Source: a virus (taxonomy: Duplodnaviria > Heunggongvirae > Uroviricota > Caudoviricetes). From it: a stretch of DNA of 64,000 nucleotides. How positions within the stretch are numbered: position 1 is the stretch's first letter; every line of letters begins with the position of its first letter. Below are positions 1-8,859 of this stretch, piece after piece. The notes below the pieces were generated by a model, which was given only the letters and a program-made list of their open reading frames with translations, ran no database searches and was not told the DNA's origin. Made by a program: the position numbers and the translations under genes. Where the stretch lies: the IMG/VR virus record IMGVR_UViG_3300032116_012976, one strand, 5' to 3'.

Positions 1-1
1 C

Positions 2-304
2 AAAATACGAAGCATAAACTGTGTCAATTCGTTTGGTTGGCGATCCTATGTCATACACAGCATCAATTGAAGGCATGATGGAACTATTGGCCTGAATGTT
101 TCCAATACCATTGGCAGCCAGCACCAAATTGGAATTAAGACCGTTGACAGAAATTACATTGTTGGCAATAACAACATTGCTGCCAACAGGACCTGCGGCA
201 TAAATTTCTGTAAAATTGTCATTTACAGCATCGAATGCATCACGCAACGGCTCGCCCGTGCCATCATTGGCCGCGGCGCCGGTGTCAATTATTTGTTGTG
301 CCAT
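2..304 (-). CDS. Virion structural protein (baseplate/fibre-type), 5' part only, runs off the window
   Basis: Not in ORF track. Manual translation from ATG at 304: MAQQIIDTGAAANDGTGEPLRDAFDAVNDNFTEIY..., matching the DGTG-x-x-LR-x-AF-x-x-x-N-x-NF N-terminal motif of T4-like baseplate/fibre proteins. GTAAATA box at 327-333 and AGAGGA RBS upstream. Confidence 0.75.
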   Translation of the reverse strand, partial: MAQQIIDTGAAANDGTGEPLRDAFDAVNDNFTEIYAAGPVGSNVVIANNVISVNGLNSNLVLAANGIGNIQANSSIMPSIDAVYDIGSPTKRIDTVYASYF

Positions 305-354
305 AGGTTTACAGGATCCTCTGGTGTATTTACCATAAGACCCAGTTTACCGTT

Positions 355-1869
355 TTAGGCAACTTTGGTGAAAGTAAGGTAAGAACCTGTTTTAGCGGTT
401 ATTATACCGGTGGAATTTTGCAATCTCAAGGTCACTGCGGTATCTACTGTGTTGAAGAAAGTACCCGAAATTCTCAGTGTTCTAGCAACGGTGCCGGTGC
501 TGGCATAAGTGGTTGCCACGTCATCACTTGTGGTTTTTGTAGCTGTGGCAAATGCAGACGTACCAGTGGTTTGAGTTTCTGTAGTGAAGTTACAGGTGCC
601 TGATGAAAAATTAACGCTTGGAGAAATGGTCATTGATCCGTCTGGGACCAGTGTAACATAACTCACAAAAGAATATCGATTGTTAGCAGCGGCTGTAAAT
701 GTCAATGTTCCAATGTTGGCCGGGGTAGCTGAAGAAATTGGAGCATCGCTAGATTGCACAACAAAATTTGGTACTCCAATACCGTTACCAGTCAGCAGGG
801 TTCCAATACTGACGTTGGCGCCAGAAACATTTGATGTGATAACTGCGTTTCCAGCATTGACATTGGCTGTCAAGCTGGCTGTGGTACCAATAAACACGTT
901 GCCGCTGGTAATGTTACCAGTTGATGTGATAACACCTTGGCTGACCAAATTACCACCTGTAACGTTGCCAGTTGTGCTGATGCCGCCGGCTCCTGCGCCA
1001 ATTGCACCAACACTGATCAAATTGCCGCCGGTGATGTTACCTGTAGCTGTTATCAATCCAGCTGTGGCCACATTACCACCAGTTACATTGCCCGTGGCTG
1101 TTACCAACCCGGCTGTGCTTAGATTGCCGCCATCTATGTTGCCAACTATGGTCAATGTGCTGGATCCGTACATGGTGCCACTAACTGCAAATGTGTGCAA
1201 TGGTGCAGTGTTGGCAATACCAACGTTGCCAGATGCTCCAATGATAGCAATACGAGTGGCTGCTGTGGTGTTGGCTGTTTGAATTAAAATATTGGCATTG
1301 CCAAGAGAGTCGGAGTACACAGCTCTGATGGCAGCGGTAACTCTAGATCCTGGTGCTGCATCAGATGTAAACCATTCAATTGCTCCAATGTTGGCACCAA
1401 CTGTGGTAATAGCAGTATTTGCATCAGAAAAACGCAGAATTCTGTCTGTAGTTGCACCTGAAGTATAACTTAAAATAATATTGCTTGATGCAACAATATT
1501 TCCACCACTGACATTGCCTGTTGCTGAAATCAATCCAGCAGTTAATACGTTACCGCCTGTGACATTGCCAGTCACAGATTCTGTTCCTGTGATAACCACA
1601 CCAGTGGTTGACCAAACTGCCACATTGGACACACCACCTACTGAAATTACTGCATTGCCACTGGCAGTGGGAATAGCAATACTGGTGGTTCCGTTAAAGA
1701 TATTATCGCCAGAAATATTACCTGTGAGTGCGGCATTGCCAGTCACTGAAAGGTTACCGTTGATCACAACCGTGGCTGCATTGGCTGTCAAGCCTTCAAA
1801 AGTTACTGTGTCGGTATTTCCTACGGATTGGAATACCAAATTGCCTGCGACACGATTGTAGGTAGTCAT
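355..1869 (-). CDS. Tail fibre / fibre-like structural protein (504 aa, G/N/T/V-rich)
   Basis: Repeated (T)GN(V/I)TGGN(L/V) motifs, a SGNVGIANTAP fibre motif and a beta-rich C-terminus; ATAAATA box at 1887-1893 and AAAGGA RBS. Confidence 0.7.
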   Translation of the reverse strand: MTTYNRVAGNLVFQSVGNTDTVTFEGLTANAATVVINGNLSVTGNAALTGNISGDNIFNGTTSIAIPTASGNAVISVGGVSNVAVWSTTGVVITGTESVTGNVTGGNVLTAGLISATGNVSGGNIVASSNIILSYTSGATTDRILRFSDANTAITTVGANIGAIEWFTSDAAPGSRVTAAIRAVYSDSLGNANILIQTANTTAATRIAIIGASGNVGIANTAPLHTFAVSGTMYGSSTLTIVGNIDGGNLSTAGLVTATGNVTGGNVATAGLITATGNITGGNLISVGAIGAGAGGISTTGNVTGGNLVSQGVITSTGNITSGNVFIGTTASLTANVNAGNAVITSNVSGANVSIGTLLTGNGIGVPNFVVQSSDAPISSATPANIGTLTFTAAANNRYSFVSYVTLVPDGSMTISPSVNFSSGTCNFTTETQTTGTSAFATATKTTSDDVATTYASTGTVARTLRISGTFFNTVDTAVTLRLQNSTGIITAKTGSYLTFTKVA

Positions 1870-2457
1870 TTAAAGATCCTTTGTGTTATTTATGCGGTTT
1901 TGAAAGTCTTCCATTTGCATGGCAGCTAGATTTTTAATGCCCCGTAACTCAGCAATTGCCGCTGTGGTTTTGCCCATTACCCGGAAAAATCCAACGTCTG
2001 GAAAGTCCTTGCACACTCTTTGCAGTTGTTTGACCCAATTTCCTGTGTAAGTTGGGCGGGCAGAGCTTTTTTTATAGAACTCAGTGTCTGCGTACACATT
2101 GTTAAATCGGTCCCCGGCTGTGGGACCCATATCAAATCCAATGAGATACACTGCACGATTTTGATCTATAGCCGCAAGAGCCACTGCAATGGGTCCTGAA
2201 CTGAATCCAAAATAATCATCCGGGACTCTATGTGCTCCTAGTCCCGGTATGGGTTTTCGAGTGTACATCCTGTGTTCACTGGCATATCCACTGTGTTGAA
2301 TGGATTCGCTAATGGGCTTGTCTGTGCTGACCAAAACCGTGGGTGCAAATTCTCGATACAATGCATTACATCCATAGATTGGACCAAGCTCTTTGAGAGT
2401 TTGCAAATTCAATTCTAACCGACTGACACCATTGCCTAATACAAAACCAAAACTCAT
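1870..2457 (-). CDS. GT-A-variant nucleotide-sugar-binding protein (Cst-II/GT42 or MptE/DUF115-like fold)
   Basis: FVLGNGVSR...YGCNALYR...VYLIGFD parallels the IAGNGPS...RCN...IYL-x-G-x-D pattern of Cst-II-type sialyltransferases and the MptE-like family. Confidence 0.55.
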   Translation of the reverse strand: MSFGFVLGNGVSRLELNLQTLKELGPIYGCNALYREFAPTVLVSTDKPISESIQHSGYASEHRMYTRKPIPGLGAHRVPDDYFGFSSGPIAVALAAIDQNRAVYLIGFDMGPTAGDRFNNVYADTEFYKKSSARPTYTGNWVKQLQRVCKDFPDVGFFRVMGKTTAAIAELRGIKNLAAMQMEDFQNRINNTKDL

Positions 2458-2489
2458 AAAAAATCCTCCTAGTAGTTATCTAGGAGGAT
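2458..2489 (-). terminator. Intrinsic terminator-like hairpin with a late-promoter box in the loop and an RBS in the 3' arm
   Basis: Perfect 10-bp inverted repeat ATCCTCCTAG (2463-2472) / CTAGGAGGAT (2480-2489) with a 7-nt loop (ATAACTA on the minus strand), followed on the minus strand by a T-run and then ATG at 2457. Confidence 0.75.
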
Positions 2490-2505
2490 CCAGGGGTTAA
2501 ATCAA

Positions 2506-3291
2506 TTAAGAAGTAACGTTGTCAACAATGGCCAAGTCAAGCAGATTTTGTTGTCCGCTTTGTACTGTGCCTGAGTTTGCTGCACCAGTGGTACCTGATT
2601 TGATAACTGTACCTTCGTCTGTAAAGAAGTTGGTTGCATAACGCTTGTCAGCCACAACGCTGGCAGGGTCATAGTTTGCGCCGCCAGTCCAATCCAACAA
2701 GAACTTGTTGGTCAATTTGGAGATAGTAGTAGCAGTAGAATCAGTAACTGTAAATGTGATAGCCATCAATCCAGCTGCTGGAGTAGTGTCATCGGCCAGT
2801 ACACAAACACCCACTGAGAATGCTGCGCCGTTGCCAGATCCACCAACAGAAGTTGCTGTGAAAATTGTGCCTAATCCAAAGTTACTAGGAGCACCGGCTG
2901 CGGTCCAGTTAGTTGTTGTTCCAACAACACTAATTTGATATGCTTGCCCAACTACAAAACTGCCGTCGTTAACGCCATTGGCATCACCAACTAGGTATTT
3001 GTGTGAACCTTTTTGACGGATAATATATCCATTAGCAACGCCAATACCGCTGCCGTCAGGGGCTGCAATGTTCACAATTACGTCAATTCTAGGATTGGTT
3101 GCCGAAGGCGTATCAGTGGGGGCTGCACCACCCACCACGCCAAGATATTCAGTAGCACTGAGTGTGTCGCCTGTGTTGGTCACAGGGGCAGTTAATGATC
3201 CAAAATTTGGAAAGCCAATGTCAACGCTAACGGCTGCGCCGCCGTTGCCTGAACCAGTGCTTGTTTTTTGTATTTTAAGAGGACGTCCCAT
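2506..3291 (-). CDS. Putative virion structural protein (261 aa, MGRPLK N-terminus)
   Basis: G/T/A-rich composition, strong AAGGAG RBS, upstream ATAAATA late box at 3380-3386, located among structural genes. Confidence 0.6.
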   Translation of the reverse strand: MGRPLKIQKTSTGSGNGGAAVSVDIGFPNFGSLTAPVTNTGDTLSATEYLGVVGGAAPTDTPSATNPRIDVIVNIAAPDGSGIGVANGYIIRQKGSHKYLVGDANGVNDGSFVVGQAYQISVVGTTTNWTAAGAPSNFGLGTIFTATSVGGSGNGAAFSVGVCVLADDTTPAAGLMAITFTVTDSTATTISKLTNKFLLDWTGGANYDPASVVADKRYATNFFTDEGTVIKSGTTGAANSGTVQSGQQNLLDLAIVDNVTS

Positions 3292-3371
3292 TTTTGTTTC
3301 TCCTTACAGAAGTCCGATGCGAGTTCTAGTCGCTACGCGGCGGGTTAAACCGCATAAAACACCGTATTGTG

Positions 3372-3400
3372 TTGACAAGTATTTATGGAAATGTTAGAAT
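3372..3400 (+). promoter_or_regulatory. Host sigma70-type promoter for the TPR-glycosyltransferase gene
   Basis: TTGACA (3372-3377), 17-bp spacer, TG-n-TAGAAT (3392-3400). Overlaps a divergent late box on the minus strand. Confidence 0.75.
3380..3386 (-). promoter_or_regulatory. T4-type late promoter box (ATAAATA)
   Basis: One of about 15 (A/G/T)TAA(A/C/G)TA boxes placed just upstream of structural genes; resembles the T4 gp55 consensus TATAAATA. Confidence 0.65.
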
Positions 3401-3427
3401 GTAGTCATATAGCCATTAAATAGTACC

Positions 3428-4579
3428 ATGGAAACTGATTTTTTAATTTCACAAGGCAACCAACATCGAGCTGACCGACAATACGGTGAAGCCCTGCAAT
3501 GTTATGCATTGGCATTTGCCAAAGACATGGATTCAGCAGCGGCATTCAACAACTACGGCAATGTCATGCGAGAAATTGGACATCCTCAACGAGCCATACC
3601 GTTCTTGCAACATGCTGTTCTCTTGGATCCAAATAACGTAACTGCTAGATTCAATTTGGCAGTGGCACTGTTGTTGATGGGCGACTACACCAATGGATGG
3701 CCAGCTTATGAAGCCAGATGGCAATACGAACATCTTGCTGGCACTGAACCCAAACACCAACAGCCTCGCTGGCGTGGCGAAGATCTCAAAGACAAAACTA
3801 TTCTTGTGGTAGGCGAACAAGGCCACGGAGACAACATTCAGTTTTGCAGATTCTTGTACAACTTGCATGTGGCTGGAGCAAAAATCAAGCTTCAGGTTAC
3901 CGACGGATTGATTCCTTTGTTGCAATCTAGCGACGTCATTCAGCAGTTGGGAACATACACTGACGACATGGGTGAGTTTGATTATTGGATTCCTATCATG
4001 AGCATCCCTGGCATACTTGGAGTAACGTTGGAAAATTTGCCCAGGCCAGTGAACTATCTCAACGTAGATCAAGGCCGTCAGCAAGAGTGGTTGCAGATAC
4101 TGGGTCCTAAAACCCGCATGCGTGTGGGTTTTTGTTGGAGTGGGCGCAGAGATTCTTGGCTTAATCAACACAAGAGTGTGCCGTTCCCTGTAATGCTGGA
4201 CATGATCAAATCTAATCCTCAATACGAATGGATCAATTTGCAAGTTGACGCCGATCCTGAAGAAGAAGAAGCAGCCTTGCTTGAAGCAGGAGTGCAGGCC
4301 TATCCTGGCAGCGTTAAAAGTTTTGTAGACACTGCGGCATTAATTATGGCCATGGACGTTGTTATTGGCGTAGACACTGCTGTGTCACACTTGAGTGGCG
4401 CATTAGGTCGGCCCACATGGATAATGCTACAAAAATTCAGCACAGACTGGCGTTGGTTGTTGAATCAAGATTCTAGTCCTTGGTATTCAACTGCTAGACT
4501 TTTTAGACAAGAAAACTTTGATGACTGGACAGCAGTTACCAAAAAAGTCAGCCAATATCTAGGGTGGATGAAAGTTTAA
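3428..4579 (+). CDS. TPR-repeat protein fused to a GT-B (GT9/heptosyltransferase-like) glycosyltransferase domain
   Basis: N-terminal TPRs (AAAFNNYGNVMREIG..., ARFNLAVALLLMG), then EQGHGDNIQF, RVGFCWSG, DVVIGVDTAVSHLSGALGRPTW and DWRW motifs typical of TPR-GT9 proteins. Confidence 0.85.
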   Translation: METDFLISQGNQHRADRQYGEALQCYALAFAKDMDSAAAFNNYGNVMREIGHPQRAIPFLQHAVLLDPNNVTARFNLAVALLLMGDYTNGWPAYEARWQYEHLAGTEPKHQQPRWRGEDLKDKTILVVGEQGHGDNIQFCRFLYNLHVAGAKIKLQVTDGLIPLLQSSDVIQQLGTYTDDMGEFDYWIPIMSIPGILGVTLENLPRPVNYLNVDQGRQQEWLQILGPKTRMRVGFCWSGRRDSWLNQHKSVPFPVMLDMIKSNPQYEWINLQVDADPEEEEAALLEAGVQAYPGSVKSFVDTAALIMAMDVVIGVDTAVSHLSGALGRPTWIMLQKFSTDWRWLLNQDSSPWYSTARLFRQENFDDWTAVTKKVSQYLGWMKV

Positions 4580-4842
4580 TTTAGATCTTGCCAGGCGCCA
4601 ACTACGCCATTATATCCACGAAATTTACCTGTGTTAATGTTGTAGTAAATCAAGCCTGCTACACCTGCAGGATCAGCTACCAATCCTAATAACTGCATAG
4701 TACTGGAAGTAGTTTTGCCAACCGCACTGACATTGCCTACATTTATAATGTCGTTATTACTTAAATTAAGATTGTCACCAACTGCTATTTCTTCAATTTG
4801 ACTGCTCGCTGAGTTGACAACCAGCGGAATTCGATTAGCCAT
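4576..4842 (-). CDS. Small structural protein (88 aa)
   Basis: MANRIPLVVN start and a C-terminal G-x-IYYN-x-x-TGKFRGYNG-x-x-W motif seen at fibre-protein ends; ATAAATA box 4 nt before the ATG. Confidence 0.6.
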   Translation of the reverse strand: MANRIPLVVNSASSQIEEIAVGDNLNLSNNDIINVGNVSAVGKTTSSTMQLLGLVADPAGVAGLIYYNINTGKFRGYNGVVGAWQDLN

Positions 4843-4861
4843 GAATTATTTATCAGAGGAC

Positions 4862-4887
4862 AAAAAAGCACCCCTCGGGTGCTTTTT
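4862..4887 (-). terminator. Rho-independent terminator downstream of the major capsid gene (possibly bidirectional)
   Basis: AAAAAGCACCC-CTC-GGGTGCTTTTT: GC stem flanked by A- and T-runs on both sides. Confidence 0.85.
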
Positions 4888-4919
4888 CGTTCCTTCCCAT
4901 CCCTGGGTTGGTTCTCTGA

Positions 4920-6116
4920 TTAGGAGAATGACAAGTTAGATACTGCGATCTCACCCACATAGTCACCGGCGTTACCGAATGACGATGCAGTGTTGGTCAA
5001 CTCAATGTAACCATAACGTGTCATGAATGACACCACTGGTTCAAAGGTTGATGGATCCAACACAACACCACTGCTCATCAACGGAATGTATGGGCAGTAG
5101 AATGCAGGAGCGTCAGCTTCTGAAGAGCCTTTGTAGCCAACCAGAACTGGAGTTGTATCGCTGGCATAGCTGTCAACGAACACACGCATAGCGCCGTTTA
5201 ATGTGCCAACAAACTTGGTGTTTGTAGGTGCTTCGAAGGTGCCTTCTGTGGTACGAGCAAAAGCTGAAGTTGTTGCTGATTGCAACACTGTCAGAGCAGC
5301 TGAACTCACAACAGCGTAGTTACCAGCGCCACGACGAGTACGTTGGGCGATCAAGTTAGCAACACGGTTGATCAAAACTGCCAATGCGGCATGTTCGTCA
5401 CCAACGAATGTAGCTGTACCTGAAACGGTAGCTTGGTTGTATGTGAACTCAGTGGATGCCAATGAGCGCAAGCTCAAAAGAATCTCTTGGTCGATTTCAG
5501 CGGTAATCTCTTGAGCCAGAGCAGCCATGATTTCTGCTTCAACGTCAATACCATGCATGGCTTGTGCGTCTTGTGCAGATTCAAAAGTCCAGCGAGCTTG
5601 CAGCTTGCGGGTCTTGGCTTCAACAGCTTGTTTCAAGATTTGAACGCTGATTTGCTTACCGCCGGTACCTTCCATGCTGGCTGTTGAGCCGCCGGTGTAG
5701 GTAGTAGCTGTAGCTGTGCCTGCTGGCACAGTAGAGTAAGCAGTTGCAATTGTGAATGGGCTCAATGCTTCTTGACCAGCTGTAACGCTTGTAGCGGCAG
5801 CTGAGTTGTCAGTCAAGCTGTTGGCGTAACGCACACGCAAGGTGTGAATTTGGCCAACTGGGCCTGTCATGGGCTGAACGCCAACCAACTCGTTAGCAAT
5901 AACGGTAGGCATAACACGACGAATCACTGGCAGAATCACACGGTTAAGTGTGGCGATGTTGCCAGAAACAGTACTTCCAGAAGAAGCATTCTCTTTCAAA
6001 TAGCGACGAGTATTCTCAAGAATAACTTTCATGCTATTGCGTTTGGTGCCTTGGAGGCCTTCTAACAGGGCCTCTTTGGTCTCATCCCAACGACTTTCTA
6101 ATAGATCTTGTGACAT
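4920..6116 (-). CDS. gp23: Major capsid protein, T4 gp23 family
   Basis: LIPVIRR-type motif (VILPVIRRVMPTVIANELVGVQPMTGPVGQIHTLR), VEAKTRKLQARWTFESAQD, EITAEIDQEI, FYCPYIPL and FMTRYG; AGGAG RBS. Confidence 0.97.
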   Translation of the reverse strand: MSQDLLESRWDETKEALLEGLQGTKRNSMKVILENTRRYLKENASSGSTVSGNIATLNRVILPVIRRVMPTVIANELVGVQPMTGPVGQIHTLRVRYANSLTDNSAAATSVTAGQEALSPFTIATAYSTVPAGTATATTYTGGSTASMEGTGGKQISVQILKQAVEAKTRKLQARWTFESAQDAQAMHGIDVEAEIMAALAQEITAEIDQEILLSLRSLASTEFTYNQATVSGTATFVGDEHAALAVLINRVANLIAQRTRRGAGNYAVVSSAALTVLQSATTSAFARTTEGTFEAPTNTKFVGTLNGAMRVFVDSYASDTTPVLVGYKGSSEADAPAFYCPYIPLMSSGVVLDPSTFEPVVSFMTRYGYIELTNTASSFGNAGDYVGEIAVSNLSFS

Positions 6117-6135
6117 TTAAGTCTCCTAAAAAATT

Positions 6136-7230
6136 TTAAAGCCCTGCCAGGCGCTTCAAGTCAATCACATTGCTGCGATCTTCCTGGGCGGTCTGCTGGT
6201 TCGAAACATTTTTATCACCAGTAACTGCGGTGACGTTTTCTGTGATCACTTTATGGGCTTTCACGGAACGGTCTTCCAACACTGCTGGTAGATACTTTTC
6301 AAAAGCGTTTTTCAAACGGTTAGTTTGGACGCTTTCGAGCAAATTACGCATGACTTCTTGCTTTTCCTTGTTCAAGGGACGTAGCAATTCATCCAATGAG
6401 CTGTCACGCTCATTAGATTCTTTAATCATACGCAGTTCGCGCTCTTTATTCTCAACCAGGACTTTTGCTTTCATGGTGAGTTTAATTGCCTCAGACAATT
6501 TCTTGTCCTTGTGCGCAATTGTGTTATGCAACTTACGAACTTCGGCTTTCTCATTCAAGTGAGTAGCACCAAATTCGGTAGCATATGCTTCAAAGATACG
6601 ACGACCAAAATTGTTCTCGCGAGCAACTTTGATGTCTTCTTGCAACTGGTTTAATTCAGCCTTAAGATGTTTGCTAACAGCCTGGCTCATTTTGTTGGCA
6701 CTTTCTTTAACAAATCGTGCTTTCAAAGTTTCAAGTTTGTTACGTGCTTCACTAACTAAACGCACTTTGGTTTCCACCAAGTCACGTTTGTCAGCAGCAA
6801 ATTCTTGAATTTCTTTTGCCAATGCATGCACCACGAAGTTCTCAAGTTTTGCAACTCCTTCTGTGTGCATCTTACGGTCTTTGCGCAGTTCAGAAATTTC
6901 TTCAGCAAGTTTAGTAACCAAGAAGCTGTTAAACTTAGTGGCTGACTCTTTCATCTTGTGTTGAAACTTCACACGGTCTTCAGCCAATGCTTGCTTTTCA
7001 GTAGCAATGCTGGCTAATTCTCCTGCGAGACCTTCTGTTACCATCTTATCTAGGGCTTCTACCATCACTGTTTTGTCATGCTCATAGCGTTGTGCAAACT
7101 CCTCGCGAAGTTCTGCACGCACAATCTCACGAGCTTCTGTCAGTTTAGATTCCCAAGCTTCGTTGAGTTCTTTACTAACATCTTCGTTGATTAATCCGCT
7201 GTCAAGCAATGGTTTAATAGCATCAAACAT
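6136..7230 (-). CDS. gp22: Prohead core scaffolding protein (gp22-like)
   Basis: 364-aa E/K-rich coiled-coil protein between protease and MCP in T4 order; includes GRRIFEAYATEF. Confidence 0.85.
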   Translation of the reverse strand: MFDAIKPLLDSGLINEDVSKELNEAWESKLTEAREIVRAELREEFAQRYEHDKTVMVEALDKMVTEGLAGELASIATEKQALAEDRVKFQHKMKESATKFNSFLVTKLAEEISELRKDRKMHTEGVAKLENFVVHALAKEIQEFAADKRDLVETKVRLVSEARNKLETLKARFVKESANKMSQAVSKHLKAELNQLQEDIKVARENNFGRRIFEAYATEFGATHLNEKAEVRKLHNTIAHKDKKLSEAIKLTMKAKVLVENKERELRMIKESNERDSSLDELLRPLNKEKQEVMRNLLESVQTNRLKNAFEKYLPAVLEDRSVKAHKVITENVTAVTGDKNVSNQQTAQEDRSNVIDLKRLAGL

Positions 7231-7242
7231 GCCTGGTTCTCC

Positions 7243-7881
7243 TTAGATTTTGAGTTCTCGGATAAGGCGTTTAACCTCACCTGCGAGATACTTCTTCACT
7301 TTGTCGTCCTGACCAGACTCTCTAGCCATCTCTAAGATCTTATGACCGTTTCTCATATTCATGAGACCTTCATAGATTGCTGTAGGATACGCATTAGGAG
7401 CACTGGGTTGGGCAACCACATCTATAGTGACTATTTCAAAGTCACTTACATGTCCGGTTCTGTCATCGACATTACCTGATCCACGACTGCTAACACCCAG
7501 CTTCACGCCTGATGTCAACAGAGTCTTTATCAATTCACCCATTGGGGTTGGCAGAATTTTCAACTTGCCGCAACCGGCATGTCCGTCCATCCACATGCCT
7601 TCAACTGTGTGACACACACGATCTAAATTGATTTTTAAATCATCTGGATGGTCCACTTCACCTAAAACGGAGTTACCGTCACGGATCTGCTCGTTGATAG
7701 TTTCTACTGCTTTGATAATTTCGTGTCGGGGGTAGATACGCTCATTTGCATTGCGCTTGTCGCCTTCAATGCAGATGCCTTTGAGATAGAGATGCTTTTT
7801 GCCGCCAACATCAGCTTCTTCCAAAACTTGGATGTTGGCCTGGCTAAAAGTAAGATCTTCTCTTAGGTACTTAGATGACAT
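7243..7881 (-). CDS. gp21: Prohead maturation protease (gp21, peptidase S77/U9 type)
   Basis: NANERIYP, LGEVDHP, KLKILPTPMG, LGVSSRGSG and DVVAQPSAPNAY motifs. Confidence 0.95.
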   Translation of the reverse strand: MSSKYLREDLTFSQANIQVLEEADVGGKKHLYLKGICIEGDKRNANERIYPRHEIIKAVETINEQIRDGNSVLGEVDHPDDLKINLDRVCHTVEGMWMDGHAGCGKLKILPTPMGELIKTLLTSGVKLGVSSRGSGNVDDRTGHVSDFEIVTIDVVAQPSAPNAYPTAIYEGLMNMRNGHKILEMARESGQDDKVKKYLAGEVKRLIRELKI

Positions 7882-7885
7882 CTAA

Positions 7886-8767
7886 TTAACCCTTACGACC
7901 GCTTGGTAGTGGGCTTTTGGTGTTTACACCACTGGCTTGACTCTTTACAGGCGCAGGAGCAGCAGATTTAAATGCTTTCTTTCCAGCGTCTTGAGTGGGA
8001 GTTACGCCAAGTTCTTTTACTGTATTACGATATGCGGCACTGTCATGCACGCCGCCCATGCTGGTGCCAGTGTGTACTGGCTTGCTGGCCATACCAGCTG
8101 CACCTGAGTTAAATGCTACAGGACCTGCTTTGCCGTTGCCTTGTTCAGCGGTAACTGGCTTTGGGGCTGCTTTCATGCTGATGGCTTCCATCATGCCTGG
8201 TTCCATTTCGCCTGTGTCGTCCATTTCAATGGCATCGCCACCTTCTTCGGGACCAAACCCGTCGCCGTCGCCCATGTCACCCATGTCGTCGCCGCCCATC
8301 AAGCCTTCAAACTCGGCCATCAACTCATCTAGTTTGTCTTCTAGATTCATAACGTCATCTTTGGTTGCTGGCTCATCGCTGCCGCCCATGTCGTCACCGC
8401 CCATGTCGTCACCGCCCATGTCGTCGCCGCCAAAATCTCCGCCTTCGTCATCATCGCCCATGTCATCATCGCCTTCGGCTTCCATGCTCATGTCTTGTTC
8501 TTCGTCAGCTTCAATTTCGTCAATTAAATCATCGCTAGCATCGCCGCCCATTGCACCTTCGTCGAGTTCTTCGTCGTCAGTTTCTTCGTCGTCGGAATCG
8601 TCAGCTTCGTTTACTTCTGCTTCGTCAAGGTCTTCATCAGCCTCTTCTTGCATTAGATTTTCGTAGATTTCACGGCTTTTGGCCACCACGATGTCATGGA
8701 AAAGCTCGCGAGCTTTTTGGTCTTCGTCGTTGATCACGTATTCAATCAACTGTTCAAATTTGTTCAT
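7886..8767 (-). CDS. Highly acidic prohead core/internal protein (T4 gp67/68 position)
   Basis: About 200 aa of D/E/G/M-rich sequence followed by a P/A/K-rich tail; lies between portal and protease; TAGGAG RBS, GTAAATA box at 8800-8806. Confidence 0.65.
   Translation of the reverse strand: MNKFEQLIEYVINDEDQKARELFHDIVVAKSREIYENLMQEEADEDLDEAEVNEADDSDDEETDDEELDEGAMGGDASDDLIDEIEADEEQDMSMEAEGDDDMGDDDEGGDFGGDDMGGDDMGGDDMGGSDEPATKDDVMNLEDKLDELMAEFEGLMGGDDMGDMGDGDGFGPEEGGDAIEMDDTGEMEPGMMEAISMKAAPKPVTAEQGNGKAGPVAFNSGAAGMASKPVHTGTSMGGVHDSAAYRNTVKELGVTPTQDAGKKAFKSAAPAPVKSQASGVNTKSPLPSGRKG
8382..8431. repeat. 15-nt tandem repeat (3.3 copies) encoding GGDDM
   Basis: CCGCCCATGTCGTC(A/G) at 8382, 8397 and 8412; degenerate copies near 8271-8298 and 8456-8470. 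Confidence 0.9.
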
Positions 8768-8859
8768 AAGGGAAAACTCCTATAGGTAAAGTGTGCTGTT
8801 ATTTACATAACAACCAAAAACTCTGCTGTTTAAGGAGTCAAAATGGCGATAAATGCCAA

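Noticed and set aside
680-1861. Long plus-strand ORFs (680-1282, 1481-1861) opposite the fibre gene
   Set aside because: Antisense shadows of G/N/T/V codon bias, giving P/V/L/T-rich products; no RBS or promoter. The same applies to 54462-54977 and 32610-33116.
7995-8666. 223-aa Ser/Pro-rich plus-strand ORF
   Set aside because: Mirror of the GAC/GAA-rich acidic gene; low complexity, no expression signals.
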